A stretch of DNA of 64,000 nt, from positions 186,001-250,000 of the forward strand of contig JAPETS010000038.1 of the NCBI GenBank assembly GCA_026023565.1, in the 5' to 3' direction. Below, piece by piece: positions 12,327 to 26,378 of the stretch. This DNA comes from Cirrosporium novae-zelandiae (Eukaryota). The notes below the pieces were generated by a model. That model did no database searches. It saw nothing but the letters and a program-made list of their open reading frames with translations, and had not been told where the DNA came from. A program made the translations under genes and the position numbers. How positions within the stretch are numbered: position 1 is the first letter of the stretch; every line of letters starts with the position of its first letter.

Positions 12327-15168
12327 ATGACGGGGCGCGTTCAACAAGACAGCTTCATAGATGACGGCAGCGAACAATGGTATGCTCGCTCTGATCCAAA
12401 ATATATCTCCTCGGCCCTCACATGGCCCCGAGTTTGATGGTTGACGTTGCTTTTTTCTAGTCCACTATGTATCGAAGAGTTCGACCTATCAGACAAAAAC
12501 TTCAAGCCATGCCCTTGCGGCTATCAAGTACGAGAATCCTCCTACGACTTTTTCATACCTTATATATACTCCCCCAAAAAACGACCGGTCCTCTTACTGT
12601 TAGATGGAAGTTGAACAGCTACTAATTACCTGTACATGAACAGATATGCCAATTTTGCTACAACAATATCAAGACGACGATGAATGGCCTTTGTCCGGCA
12701 TGTCGAAGGCCATATGATGAAAAGAACATCGAGTGGAAAGTCATAAGTCCTGAAGAGTAAGGTTTTTTGTCGATCATGATGCTGGAGGGGTCCTTCTAAC
12801 ACTGAGCTAGGTTTAAAGCAGACTTGGCACTACAAGCGAAAAAGAAGGCTGCTGCCCGACAGAAGGAAGCAGAGAAACGGCAGGCCGAATCCCAAAGTCG
12901 AAAGCACTTGGCCGGATTACGGGTTGTACAGAAGAACTTGGTTTACGTCGTTGGACTTAGTCCTCAGGCCCGGAAAGAAGAATTGATGCAAATGCTTCGA
13001 GGCCCAAATTACTTTGGACAATATGGGAAGATTATCAAGATCGTAGTCAATACACCCAAAGAAGGACAGTCGATGGGTGTATATGTCACCTTCTCGTCCA
13101 AAGAGGAAGCGGAAAAATGCATTGAAGCTGTCGATGGCTCCCATAACGGTGACCGAGTTTTAAGGTATGGTAGGAAGTTTTGGTATATTGGCAATGCTAA
13201 TAGGGTATCAGGGCACAATTTGGCACGACTAAATATTGTTCCGCTTTCCTCCGAAATGAGCCATGCATGAACAAGAACTGCATGTTCCTACATGAAACTG
13301 GAGAGGACACTGACAGTTTCAGCCGACAAGATCTTTCCTCCATGAACGTGGTTTCTACTCAACGCCCTGCGCAGCCTGGATCAACGCATTCCTCTCATGC
13401 CCAACTTGCACACCCACCTGTCCACCCTCAAGCGCCGCCTCAGCAAGCTCCTCAAACTATGGCTGCTGCTTCTCAACCTATGCGACGGCAAGGAAGCAAG
13501 GAAGATACAATGAGCCGATCGGATAGCGGCGATGGATCAGCACTCCCTTCCACTGCAAGCTGGGCGGCAAAGTCAAACCAGGCCCATCCAAGTAGAACAA
13601 GCAGTCGAGCTGCCAGTCGAGCCGCCAGTCGAGCCGCCAGTCGAGCCGCCAGTCGAGCAACACCGAGTCCCAAGACTATCAATGCTGCCCCAGCAATACA
13701 GGCGACACAAGCGACACCAGCAACACCAGCAGCACAACCAGTACAGCCAGTACAACCAGTACAACCAGTACAACCAACACCAGCAACACAAGCGGCACAG
13801 GTGCCCGACAGCACCAAACCTGAAGAGCCTCCAGCATCTGTGGAAGCTCCCAAAAGCCCAAGTCTGTCTGATACTCCTGTTGCTCGGACATCTTCAGACT
13901 CCGAAAGTCCCAAAGTCAAGCCTCAGTCGCCCGAAGTTGCTCCGTATCTTAAAGAGATTCTTCAATCAGTCGTTAATTTCGGGTTTTCCTTCTCCGATGC
14001 GTCATTAACCACCGAAGAGCGAAATATATTAGCACATTACCCTTCACTGATAGATAAACATGGAGGTATAAAACGCCGGCTACAACGAGAGAAGGCAGAA
14101 GAACAGTTAAAGAAGAAGAAAGAAGCGGAACAAGCTGCTCTTCGTGCCTCTGAAGAAGCCACCGAAAGTGGTTCTTTACAGCTTGGCGGAGAACCCGAGG
14201 ACAGTCGAGATGTGGGCGCAGGGAATATTGGGAGACAAGGTCCCAGAACAGTTATTCAACCACCGCAGCAGAGTGCCATGCCAAGTCAAGCTCTGGATGG
14301 ATTAGGCAATATTCCGAGCATTCCCAACCGTCGCAGCTTGACCCCACAGCAATTGATGCTGCTGAAATTCACCGGGCACACTTCTTTTGACCAATATCAG
14401 TCTGCTTTTGGCCTTGATAACCTTCAGTCAAGTCAGTACCACAATCAGCAGGTTCCAAACCACGCCAGACAATCTTCACGCTATTCATTCGCAACCGAGA
14501 CTGGGGGAATTCCAGCGGTAAAATCCGCAGTAAACTCTAAATTCTCATCTCAGTCGCAACAACTGCAGTCAAATAACCACTTCTACGGCACTGGTGCACA
14601 AGGACCACCGCCAGGCCTTAAGGCAGCTGGCACTCCGCCAATCAGCGGTGGTGGGATGTTTGGTCAAGGGCATGGATTTACAAGCACGATGAATGGTGGC
14701 CTGAATTTTGCCGCTACAAACAACATGAACAAGGACACCAATGCTGAATTGATGCGAGATTTGTTAAGAGGCCGGAATTCGCTTAGTGGGGTCAGTGGGC
14801 AAGGATTTGACATGACAAAGCGTGAGTTTATGTTTCCTTCCTTTCTTCAGCAACAACGTTATTCCTCTACACCTTCACCTGCCCCTTCTGCCCCTGCCCT
14901 GGGTCTTTTCAGTTCTCTTCATGGACCTCAGTCAGTCTACCATGATTCAGTTCCCCTTAAGCCAAAGAAAAAGGGGAAGAAGCACAGACATGCTAACACT
15001 TCCTCCTTTGGGGGGGGTGGGATAGTTGATCTTGCGGACCCGAGTATTTTGCAGGCGAGAATGCATCAAGGGACCGCTGGCGCGGGGCAGGGGCTCTACG
15101 GTGGTCACGGTCAAGGTGGGTACAACCAATCTAATATGATGTATGGCGGTGGCTTTGGTAAATGGTGA
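12327..15168 (+). CDS. NOT4: CCR4-NOT E3 ligase Not4/Mot2, short isoform (847 aa); exons 12327-12379, 12461-12527, 12644-12756, 12811-13164, 13212-15168
   Basis: Spliced RING CPLCIEEFDLSDKNFKPCPCGYQICQFC..CPACR, RRM (LAGLRVVQKNLVYVVGL..YFGQYGKI) and C3H1 (GTTKYCSAFLRNEPCMNKNCMFLH); all junctions in frame. Confidence 0.93.
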
Positions 15169-15724
15169 CGGAGTTTTTCACTTCATAATCTTGTTTTCTA
15201 TTCTTCGCCTTGCTTTTGGGAGCGATGGAGGTTTTGATGTTGTTTTTCTTCTCAGCTAGCGATGCATGAGACGAAATGGCCGCTTCGGTATCTATGCGGA
15301 AAGTGTCTCTGGCGTTGGGTCATCGGCTCGGTATGGTGGGATATTGAGGATGATGCATGCATGGAGCCATCTACTTCATTCTCCCTTTTTCAATGACAGC
15401 ACCGGTGAAGATCCTTTCAGCGGGATTAATTCTTTCAATTCGTGGCTCCCTAGTTGTACGTTAAGTTCCCCTGCCCTGTCTCTAACTGCAGACAGAGAGA
15501 TGAAAATCCATTCTTACATGTATTATTCCATAGATTTTGGCCACGTCATGTTATGAGAATCTGCGAGCCCAGAAGTTTTGTAGAGGCCATACGTGTATAT
15601 TAATTATGGCCCTTTATGAAGATTTAATCGTTGGCGATCTCCTTTGGAACGAACACAAGTGACGATGCACTATTTTGAAGCTGCTGCTGTCTAGCTGTAC
15701 TTTGCTGACCATGTCATCCTTCAG

Positions 15725-17913
15725 GTTCAGGTTCCATCGTATCTCCTTGGGACACGGCAACTATTGGCTCCAATATTGGCTCGCCCATTAGCATCCAAGC
15801 TCCTATCGGCTCTCGTCCTTGGGCCGAAGTACTTCAATCAAGTAGCAAATCTACGCCCATCTCTGCACCGCCTGGACTTTCTTTGCCCCACGGTCATCCT
15901 GCATCTATTGCCGCTCATCTATCATCCAATATATCTGAAGGGGCAGGTAGTGCAAGGAGTTCGCCTCTTACTAGGCTTGCATTTCCACCTGCAATCCCCG
16001 TCATCCCTCCCGTTCGCGCTGCTACGCCTGCTAAGAAAATTTGGCCAGAGCCAGCACCAAAGAAAGAAGAAAATACTGTAGACGAACTGAAAGCCAGAAG
16101 TCCTTTGCAAGATCCTCATGAAGAGTCTGAACATAAAGGTCCAGGCGAGATCAGCTATGGATCTCCGGTCAAGAAGCGGACAAAGTCTCCAAAGAAAGCA
16201 CAGGAGAAAAGGATTGATGCTCCAGATACCATGAGCAAGTCCGCTGAGTCCAAGGATCAAGTGCATTCCAACAGCAACGAGAAACAAACTGAAACTCAGA
16301 CCCGTACCCAGAAAAAGGCTCCAGGCAAGCTGGATATATCGGCAGCGAAGGCTGCAAGTCATATCTTACATGCAGCTCCTCCTAGCTCGTCGGGTGATGC
16401 CGACAGTCCGTTCAGGAGAGAATCCGTGGCTGCTACTCCTTTAGCACCACTGTCACAACCATCGACGCCTTCAAAGTCTCCTCGAAGGTTAGATTCGCCT
16501 ATACCGAAACACACTCAGCCAAGGACCCTACGCCTCGTGGCTACTCCCAGGACCGAGACGCCTCCTGCAGTTCCAGGGACTCCTACATCTGCCGCCGTCA
16601 AGGCCGCCGGATTCGATACCGCCGTGAAGTTGTCATCGAGACAAGCGAGTATTACTTCTCATCGGCCTGGTACCCCGGCCAGTACTTTTGTCTCGGATAC
16701 CGCATCTTTGACTTCAACGTCTATTTCTCGTGCAAACTCTCCACCTCCTGGTAAAGCCGGACCTACACCTATCAGGCAAATAAGCAAGAGTCAGGCAAAA
16801 AAAGAGAGACAAGCTCGAGCAAAGGCTGCAGCAGCGGATGCAAAAAGGGTCGAGGTCGCGGTGCATCACGAGGAGGTCGTGCAAGCTCCCATTGAAGGAC
16901 GCAAGAAGAAAACGAAGAAACCAATATCACATGTTACTTCCAAGTCAAGACCTGCCACCCCTTCAACAGCACAGGGTTCTGATAAGGAGCGGCAAGATTC
17001 TGACAAGACTTCAGGGAAGGAATCAGGCAAGGAATCAGGCAAGGGAGGAAAAATCAAAGGATCTAATAACGGCACCCAACCTGCCGCCGCGGAACCCCCC
17101 AAACCGGTTGACGAGAAGACGCTTCTTGCCCAACTCACCGCTGCATCCATTCTCTCTGACCTCCAGTCGCGTGGGGACCTCGACTTGTCTTCCCTTGCCT
17201 TTTTTAAGAATGTCCCCGGCCTGAATTATCGCTTTGAGACGTCGAATCCGACCCTTGCCGATTTCCCGGAACCTAAATCTCTTGCGAAATTGACAGTCGA
17301 AGACAAAGCCAGACTGTCGAAAGGCGAGCCTGTTCACATCGTCTCTCCACCAAACCCTGGATCGCGTAGCTTAGGTGTAAAACTTATGATCACCCCAAGC
17401 GGACGACGTCTTTATTGTCTTCCACCAGAGCAAGAGATGCGGTATCTGACACTCGAGCGTTCCATCAAAGAGTGCTCTGGACCGGCTGAATACCATCCAT
17501 CAAAGCCGAGTCCCTGGCTAGATGGTAAGAACCTACCGAGAGTACAAGCACCCACCGCATCAAATACCGACAAAAGAATTCCCACCAGCTGGGACGCCTT
17601 CGTGGACCCCTTGGACGCAGCCGGAGGGGGAAGAGGTAAAGAATACCCAGACTGGGAAGCCCTCCAAGAAGGCGGACCCGTCGGAGGAAACGCAGTTGCG
17701 GAAGCGGTGGTGGCCCCAACACCCAGCAGCGCAAGACAACAGCTGCAGCAAGTACAACAGCTACAGCAGCAGCAACAATCACAGCATCTCAAAGGAATCG
17801 AAGAAATCAAATCCGAATGGGAAAAAGCAAGAAAGCAAACAGAAGCCCAGGAGAAAAAATTAAACGCGCTTATTAAAAAGAATAAACGACTAGCGTTTGG
17901 AAGTGGGCATTGA
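15725..17913 (+). CDS. NOT4: Terminal exon of long Not4 isoform (S/P/T-rich disordered region plus C-terminal coiled coil)
   Basis: Frame is open from 15709 with no early ATG. It is preceded by branch GCTGAC (15704) and TTCAG (15724), and phase 1 matches donors at 14822 and 15116. Ends EKKLNALIKKNKRLAFGSGH. Confidence 0.75.
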
Positions 17914-20240
17914 CTTGTTATGTGCTGTCCCACCACCACTACCACTACTGCAACTACAGAAGAAATACGTAACCACGACCATGACCGAGGAGGTGAGCAG
18001 ATGTGGTGGATGTGTACGTGGATGTGGACAGACGGAGATGCTTTGCTACTGACTCTCACCATGGTGCTATGCCTGTTGTTTTATCAAGAGCTGAGAGCTG
18101 AAATCAAAATGGGCTGCTAGAACATATGTCTGTGTGTTGTGTTGTTTTGTTTTAATGCATGCGGGTTGAAAGATGTAAGATGAGTGCGTGAAGTGAATGA
18201 TGCAGCATGGTCATGGGCATTAATTATTATGATTCCGCCCGCCAACACTCCAACAACTGTCGTTATTGCTAAAAAAAACCAAACATGGGAATGAGGAATG
18301 GGCAAGCATACGTGTATAGTAAGTAGTACGATAACCTTCATGATGGATGGGGGTTTCGCTGTTACATTGTTCTATTGCATTTTGCATTTTGCTATTGCAT
18401 AGATAGTATATAGTATAGTTATAGTACATAATGCATACATGGCATATGGACATATGAACACATGACACATGCACCACCCTATTGTAATCAAAAGGTTAAA
18501 GATTCTAGTTTTGAGGAGGGGGGGGATAAGAAGATGAGGATTTGATTCTATGGAAAAATAGTTGACTACTGTGTATACAGGTACCCGCATGCCCTATAAT
18601 ATATTCCTATATCCATCCATACATCCACCTCCATCCATATATATCTACCACGACTATCCACCATCCGCTTTTCATTCATTTCCCACTCCAAAAACATTAT
18701 TCCCAACCCACCAATAAAATCAAATCAAATCAAATATTTATTATATTTATTTTCTAATTTTCTAATTAGCTTTTTGTTTTGGCCTTTGAAGTCTTTTTTA
18801 ATGTGTGGATAGATGGGGGTGGGGAGTACTTGGTATAGATATGGATATGGGTATATAGGGTATGGAACCAATTATTTTTAAGAGGTAAGTGGATAGTATA
18901 TATATACATCCCCCATCTCATCTCACCTCCCCTTCTTCCATCCATCCATCCATCCATCCATCCATCCATCCATCCATCCCTCAAGCCCACAAAGTACGAA
19001 CGAACGAACAAACAAAGCCCAACCCAATCCATCCCCATACATATATTCAGAAGAAGAAGAAGAAGAAGAAGAAAAGGGTACTATAGATACATATTTATAA
19101 CGACAAAAAGAAAAAGAAAAAGAAAAAGAAAAGGCCATGTTTGGGGATTGAGAGTTGGGGAGTGTGGGGGTTGGGTATATGTATGAGTTCTACTGGTTCG
19201 AAGTTCGAATCATCATTTTATGTTTGATTACAGTAGAACTACTACTACTACTACTACTACTACTATAGGGGTTGCTAGGGTGGCTGGGGTTGTTGGTGCG
19301 TGTTGGTTTTGAGAGAGTGAGTGTGTATAAGTAGGTAAATATATATTTTAAATAAATCATATAATTAAATACAAAGGGGTTCAACCCCTCAACCCCTCAA
19401 ATCCTCAACCAGATTTCAGGCATATTAGTCTACATATTACATATTTACATATTACCAAGGGAACTAAATTACATAGATATAGGTGCCTAGGTAGGTAGGT
19501 AGGGGGGTATCACTTTTTGTTCCTTTGTTCCTTTGTTCCTTTTCTCTGTTCATGCTATGCTATGCTAAAAGCCTGTCGTTGTTGTTGTTGTTGTTTGTCA
19601 AGTATATATAATGTATACTCCTCAAGCCCAAGAATAATATAATAGCTTGATATCCATTTAAAAAAGTGGGGGGAACAAAAAAAAGTCAGAAGAAAAAAGA
19701 GGGAGCCATACATTCACGAATAGCATAGCCTAAACACGCTGAACAAGAACACAAAAAATAACAACATTCTTTGGGTACTTTTTTTTTCACCTTAATTCAC
19801 TCCCCTCACTCCCCGCTAACAATACCCCCCCTTCCCTTATCCCTTCTTCCTACGTTCCTTATCTCATACATCCATCATAAAACAAAAAACAAAAAACAAA
19901 AATTATTTGGTTCTTCCTATTCCTGTTATGCCATTGCCGTGCCATTGATCATGTTGTATGTCGCATTCGCCAGTTTGTTCAAGAAGTTTAAGAGAAAAAA
20001 GAAGAAGAACCATATTGGGAGAATGGTATAGTAGTAATTTGGAGGGTGGAGGGTAGCTTAAAAGAACAAAAAAGAGTAACCAATATTCGTCTCCTATAAT
20101 TAAGAAAAACGAAAACAAAATGTGGGATTAGAAGTGAAGGACAGAAGAACGCCGGGGGTATCGATACAATTTAAAGGGAGGTTCCAAGAATCAGACTGGC
20201 GAAAGAAAGAAAATGTGAAAATGGCCTTTTAAAACATAAT

Positions 20241-22971
20241 TCAGGCGAAATACCATAGGTAACCCTTGTTAGTAACCGGGGAGAAGTCCACTGGTTGGTG
20301 CTGAGTCTGGGTTTGGGCCTGACCATTTTCACTATTCTCCATCTCTGGTGCATCGCTGGCACGGACTGCAACCGTGGCAAGGTGTTGAAGGGTCCCATTG
20401 CTGTCCTCCTGCTTGAAATCTCCATTCGTTGCAGCGGTCGCTGGCTCAGGAATCTGGGGGTTTGCTTCCATGTCAATGGTCTGTCTGATCTTGGAAGCTA
20501 CCGCACGTAGCCAACTTGAGTTGGTGTCGCTCCTCGTGTCATCAGCTTTCTCTTGGTAGGTTTTGATCATGTCATTAAGCTGTCTTAGGAGTTGGGTGAT
20601 TTCGTCGACTTTAATCCCATTCTTGCGAAGTATAAGAAGAACGGCAGTGGTGAGACTATACAGATGGTGATCAATAATCAATATATCTGTTGGATGGGCA
20701 ATAATTCCATTTGCCAAGGTACGTGCTGAGTCAAAGACTATCAGGGGATTAGACAGCTTGTCGTAACAGCTGAGAAGGAGCTTGACATGTTGGTAGGCCA
20801 ACTCAAGTGTTTTCGAGGTAGGGCCAGTTTGACCAGGGGAAATGGCTAAAAACCTTTGATAGTTTCGAAGTATACCGATAGTTATGGTGTTTGTAGTAGG
20901 GTTTGCTATGACTTCTGCTCTATCTTGGTCGCCATAGGCAAGTTGTCCTAATTGCCCCAGAGTAAAAGAGACCTCTGAGAAGGTATAAAGTTAGCAATAT
21001 GATCCGTGAACTTGGTCCCATAGGGTAGGCTTACTCGTAAAATCATAGGCTATAGGTCCAAGGAGACGTTTGTCGTCCTCATTTAATCGGATCTGCTCAA
21101 CAGGAACAAGAGGGGAACCACCTGCGCTTGCCGAATACCAACAATCAAGGGATACAAGAACGAGCCAGATTCTTCGGGCAATATTATCGTTTGTCTCCGC
21201 ATCAGATGGCCCAGTCAGATACGTCGTTGAACGAATTTTATGAATATTCAATTCTCGGCCTCTTCTAATAGCATCACCTAACCATCGTCCTCTAGATGGC
21301 ATCGAGTTCCCGGAAAGTGCACCTGGGCCACTAAGGTCGGAATATATGGAGAGCAGTACGAGTATCCATAGATGAACCAAATTAGGAGTAGAAACACCGT
21401 TCAGATTAGATGTTGGGAGAGGTGCAAACTCATACTCATGTAGACGATCAGCGGCATCTTTAGCAGCTCCTGCCTCGTCTAGGGACTGCGGTGTTCTCGA
21501 AGAGTCTGCGGTATAAGCAGCAATGAGAGCTGATTTAAAGGCATCACGTAAAAGTGGAGGATTGTCATAGAACAAACGCGGAGGAAGATCCTGTAGCTCT
21601 GGCAAGAATGGCAGGAATGGATGGATTGTTTTGTAGTATCTAGGTATCGTTAGTAGAAATTCAAATAACCGCCAACACTTTCAGTCTCGAATGAAAGAAT
21701 ACACATGAATCACGCTTACCTATCCATTGCTTCTGATATCTGCTGGAAATAATTTTCCTCGTCACCAATTACGAGATTTTGCTCGGTGGATTGGACCCCT
21801 TGAGTGTCTCTTTGCTGGAGAAGCCGTTCAAAGTTGTCTCGGTTTGAGAGTGCAGTAAAGTCAGCATCAGGCTGAAGTTCCTGGTGAATTTGTTGGTGAA
21901 GTTGAACAGATTGGGCAGGATCAGCCGGTGGTCTAAACCAGGGGGTACTTGAATCGGGTTGATGGTTTTGCGGAACTTCGTCACGTAGAATAGTAGAAAT
22001 AGACCTCTTCCTCGAACCACTACCAACATGTGGTAGCTGCGACTGGTCAACAAATCCCTGGTTTGCCTGATTATTCACTTGTTGAGGGTTGAACCCCAAT
22101 GGTTGGTTAAATCCTAGACTGCTGGTATGCTGTTGCATCTCTGGAGTATGGACAAAATGTTCATTTCCAGCTTGTTGGTTGCCCTCGCCATGCTGTATGC
22201 CCTGAGTCTTCATAACACCTTCGAGGGTTTCTAGGCGCCTCTCGAGGTCCTTTATATACCTATAGTGAACCATCTATCAGAATTGAGATGGGGTGAGGAT
22301 AGATTCAGGCATACCCTTTATTCGGACCTCTCTTCTGTGGCACTCTAAGATAAGTGCAATTGACTCTCAAAGAGTCGCACTGTTCACAAGGGATCACACC
22401 AGGCTGACTGGAAGCATCGCAGCGCATCTATATTGATTAGTCATCTTGTCATCAACATGACACAATTTAAATCCCATTCTCGTACCTTTTTCACTCGACA
22501 GTTATCGCAAGCTCTCGAAACCTTTTTCTTTTTCTTCATCGGTTGGTCGAGCCCTGAACTTGAATTTGAAGTCGGGCTTATGGCTTGCTGGGATCCTGGA
22601 GCCCCATACGGGACAGGCGAATGGAATTGCCCTTGGGCGGGGCTTTGGGTATTTGCGGGTACTGGCGTCTGCAGCTGCTCAGGCACAGAGCCGCCGAAAG
22701 GACTCCGTAGTTTGTGAAAAGCGCTCATCTCCATACTCGGCTCGTGATTACCGCCATTCTCTTCAGGCATACTCGAAGAGGCTCCATTGATTTCCTGGTC
22801 GAGGCTGTGAGCAAGTGCAAGTTCTTCGGCTCGTCCAAGAGCTTCCGGTGATGATATTCGGTTTTGGTTGCCGTAGAACGGAGCACCGGAGTTCATGGCG
22901 GCATTTGGGGATGGGTATGATTGTTTCGGAGCCATCGTCTCATCTAGCTTTGTCTCTTCAGACGCTGACAT
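20241..22971 (-). CDS. Zn(II)2Cys6 transcription factor, Rgt1-like; exons 22486-22971, 22315-22427, 21720-22259, 21035-21639, 20241-20974
   Basis: Spliced cluster KVSRACDNCRVKK|MRCDASSQPGVIPCEQCDSLRVNCTYLRVPQKRGPNKG|YIKDLERRL resembles Rgt1; middle homology start YYKTIHPFLPFLP. Possible 5'UTR intron at about 23022-23110. Confidence 0.88.
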
Positions 22972-25900
22972 GTCGGTAGTCGACTGCCCTTTTGAGGTGC
23001 CTGTGGGAGATGGTCGATTAGCTATTTGATCCAAGTTGCGTAATTGATTTCACGTCAGCTAGCAGTGTACGTTGCAAGGCCAACTTGACGTCGTCTTTCA
23101 ATCAATGGACTTACTGTCAAGAGGATTTGTAGTTATGGGTGAAGGCGACGTTGGTTTTGGACCTTGAAGGGCAGAATTCGAAGAAGAAGTTGTGGGTGTG
23201 GAATCGATCTTGGATTGAGACGCGCTCATGGTGGAAGTGAAGTTGACTGGGGTTTTACCCAATCGAGAGTCTCGGCTAATTTATCTAATCACGATGATCA
23301 AATCAACATAAGCAAAGGCAGGCTACACTGCACTCAACTCATATTTGTTGTGCATTGGCCGAACAAACACGCACGAAGGAGTTGACTTCAATGCATTGAG
23401 TTATATTCAAGATGCGATGCGATGCGATAGCTATGCGACAGCGGAGAACGGATTTCTATTCGGCCGCCGGAATAACGTTGCCAGCGGATTTACTTAAATC
23501 CCTAAGATTCACGTTGAACTTTGGCCATCGACTTGGTTATCTACACTGCTTTTATTTCATTGCACTTTGAGAAACCTTGGACGACTTATCCATATTTGTT
23601 CAATATCTAAGAACTGTGAAGTTCAATCCACCATTGAATTTTATGCGTCAGTAGCCGAACCTTCATCTACCATGGACTCCGTTATTGAGTTCTTCGATGA
23701 GTATGATGAAGACCATCAAGGTCTCGAACTCGGAATAATATAACAAGAAACCTAGCTACAATCATCTGGCGAGGCCATTGCAAGTTGAATCGAATGAAAA
23801 ATCAAAGATTTTGCGATTGATTAAGATGCTTACCAGTATCAAACTCGAGGTCAATTATAGGTATGTGTACTTGTACGTGAATACCCTCTTAGCATACCTA
23901 GGTACACCTAAGTCCTATACACAGTTACACATCCCCACCGTAAAGTAAAAACGGTGGATTTCCTTGAACACAGGACATTTTGCTATCTCCAACCTGCTAA
24001 TGAGCAGCCAGCTTACCTTGGCACCGAGTTATTCTTTGCTTTTATTGCCTCAAGGACTATATTCAGTCACTTTCTTATCCATTTAGTTTTCATTACAACT
24101 ATCAGACAATTTCAGAATCCATTGATGATTTCATTCAATTGTCTAATTTTTATTCCTTTCATGAAACAGACAGGGACCTGATAGTCAAAGTGCGGAAAGC
24201 TTCCGCAGGAACCTCAAACTTTCATCCTGCAGATATCGGAGAAGAGCAGGTGACTAGTGTCATTTCCATATGTTTTTCTCTGCACAAGTTGGAGCTAATC
24301 TTCAAACTAAAGGACGACTACTTGCCAACAATACCATGGTACTATTGCACAGCCAGAGAGTCAAAACCACCAAGTGAGGCTTTAACATCAGAGAATACCG
24401 GTTTCTCCGGGAGATCGTCAACAATTGTTATCCTAGTCCATGGCTCATTACTGGCTGTGACTCAATGTACTTCCATTGAGGTGAACCACCATTATGTCGT
24501 AATCCATGGAATCGAATTTTGATAGAAGGTATTGGAAGAAAAAGATTTTGTGGCGAATTGATTCACTTGGATCATTATGGGGACATATGGATAGAAGAAG
24601 GTTGTTATTTGAAATTCGAGAAATATTTGGAAAGGGATTGTCAATGTCTAGACGTCTAGACGTCTCTACAGACTACCATGGAATAGATATAGATACCTTG
24701 TAATTGTGGGACAGCCCCCTTGGGTCTTGACCCTTTTGACTCTCTTAACTCAACTAGGTACCCGCTTAACCGAGTTTGGACCCTGGCAATATTCATCTCT
24801 GAACCTCTTGAATTCTGCAGTTTCAATTTTTCATTTCATTACGGATCCTTGTGCTTTACAGTGGGACCTATGGCCTTGAGCGCCTGAGACCTTTTGACTC
24901 TGATGGTGCATTTCAAAATTTACTTGAAGTGGAACCGTTTACTTTTTTTTTTTTCGAGGGTTGTGACATAGTTGCTGATAGTTTCTCACTTTCCGGAAAG
25001 CTTTACGAAGACAAGCAACACACCATGGGTGCCATGGCAAGCCTACCTCGGTCATTTTCAGGGTCACTGAAAGGTAAAAAAAAGGTAAAAATACAAGCAT
25101 AGCATCATAGGATACATGGTATGCACCTAGAAGGCTTGGGGGGACAATTTGGTATAACGACAAAAGATGTTATCCATGATAAATTAATCATATTTGTTAA
25201 CCTTGAATGACGAACGTTTTCAATTGTAGGCCATATGGGGATTTGGACGGATCTCCGAAACAAGGTCCATGAAGCTTGACAAAACAGGGAGACTGGACCG
25301 TAAAAAGTTCATGAATATCCTAGTAAAATTGATAGGGCTGGATTCGAACCAATCTGACCTGTGATTACCATCGTATGCGAGGATGAGGATGTGATGAACC
25401 TAGACTCAAGGGTATATCAGATACTAGCTAAGGCAGATAGAGAGAGAAAGAGAGGGTGAGAGGTACAGGAAGTAGGTAAAGTACCTAGGTACTCACAGGT
25501 GAGTCTGACGTTATTCTTCTATTCGACCACGATAGAACAAGGACAAAAAAGTGATGGTTTTTGTTGAATAGGTTAATCAATATTTCTCTTTTTTTTTTAA
25601 ATTGTGCGATGATAATGATGATAATGATGGTGTTAGTGATAGTTGGTGGGGCATTTTTTTTGTGTTGGACATTGTGTTGTGGACTCTTCTACGTTCTTAC
25701 GTTGAATTTCGCCTTTCCAGTTGCTAAACCTTTGACTTTCGCTTTTCGGCCTTCTTTCTCAAGTAGCGCCAACTAAAAAAGGGTCCCGTTGTCCTCGTCA
25801 AATCCCTTCTCCTTCCCTTTTGATTTTCCCTTCTTCTTCTTCTTCTTCTTCTTCTCTTACATCTCTCATCCCTCCACCATATACTCGATATAACGAAAAT

Positions 25901-26378
25901 ATTTTGGTCGTGCCTTCACCGGCAACAGGTGTCCTGGTTTTAAAGCCGGCGCCTTCGGTGTCTGGCTGAGGCCACCCACACACGCTTTCAACGATTATTC
26001 TCCACTCAGGCGTTATTCGGTGGTTTTCTCCTGCAACTTATTTACTGCGATACATTGAACCGGCTACGGCTACGGCGGCGTTGATAACAATTACCAACAA
26101 CAACAAATATCCCAATACCCAATTTCTAGGCCAAAAAGAGAGAGAGAGAAAGGGCCCTCTCTAAAAATCCAAAAAATACGATAACGATTCGGCGATACGT
26201 CAATTCCAAAATCGACTCGATTTCATCGACTCCGCGTCCTATTGAGGTCGCTATTATTTTGTTCCTATTATCCTTGCCTCGACGGCTTGTAATTTCATCT
26301 ATCTCATATCCGAAAATAAAAGTCCGGTCATACGAAGACCGGTTACGATAAGAATAAACCTTTATAGGTACCTCCGCC

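Noticed and set aside
15883..17913. Independent 676-aa gene
   Set aside because: It starts at TTG, the first Met is far downstream, and a clear branch/acceptor precedes it; better explained as a NOT4 exon.
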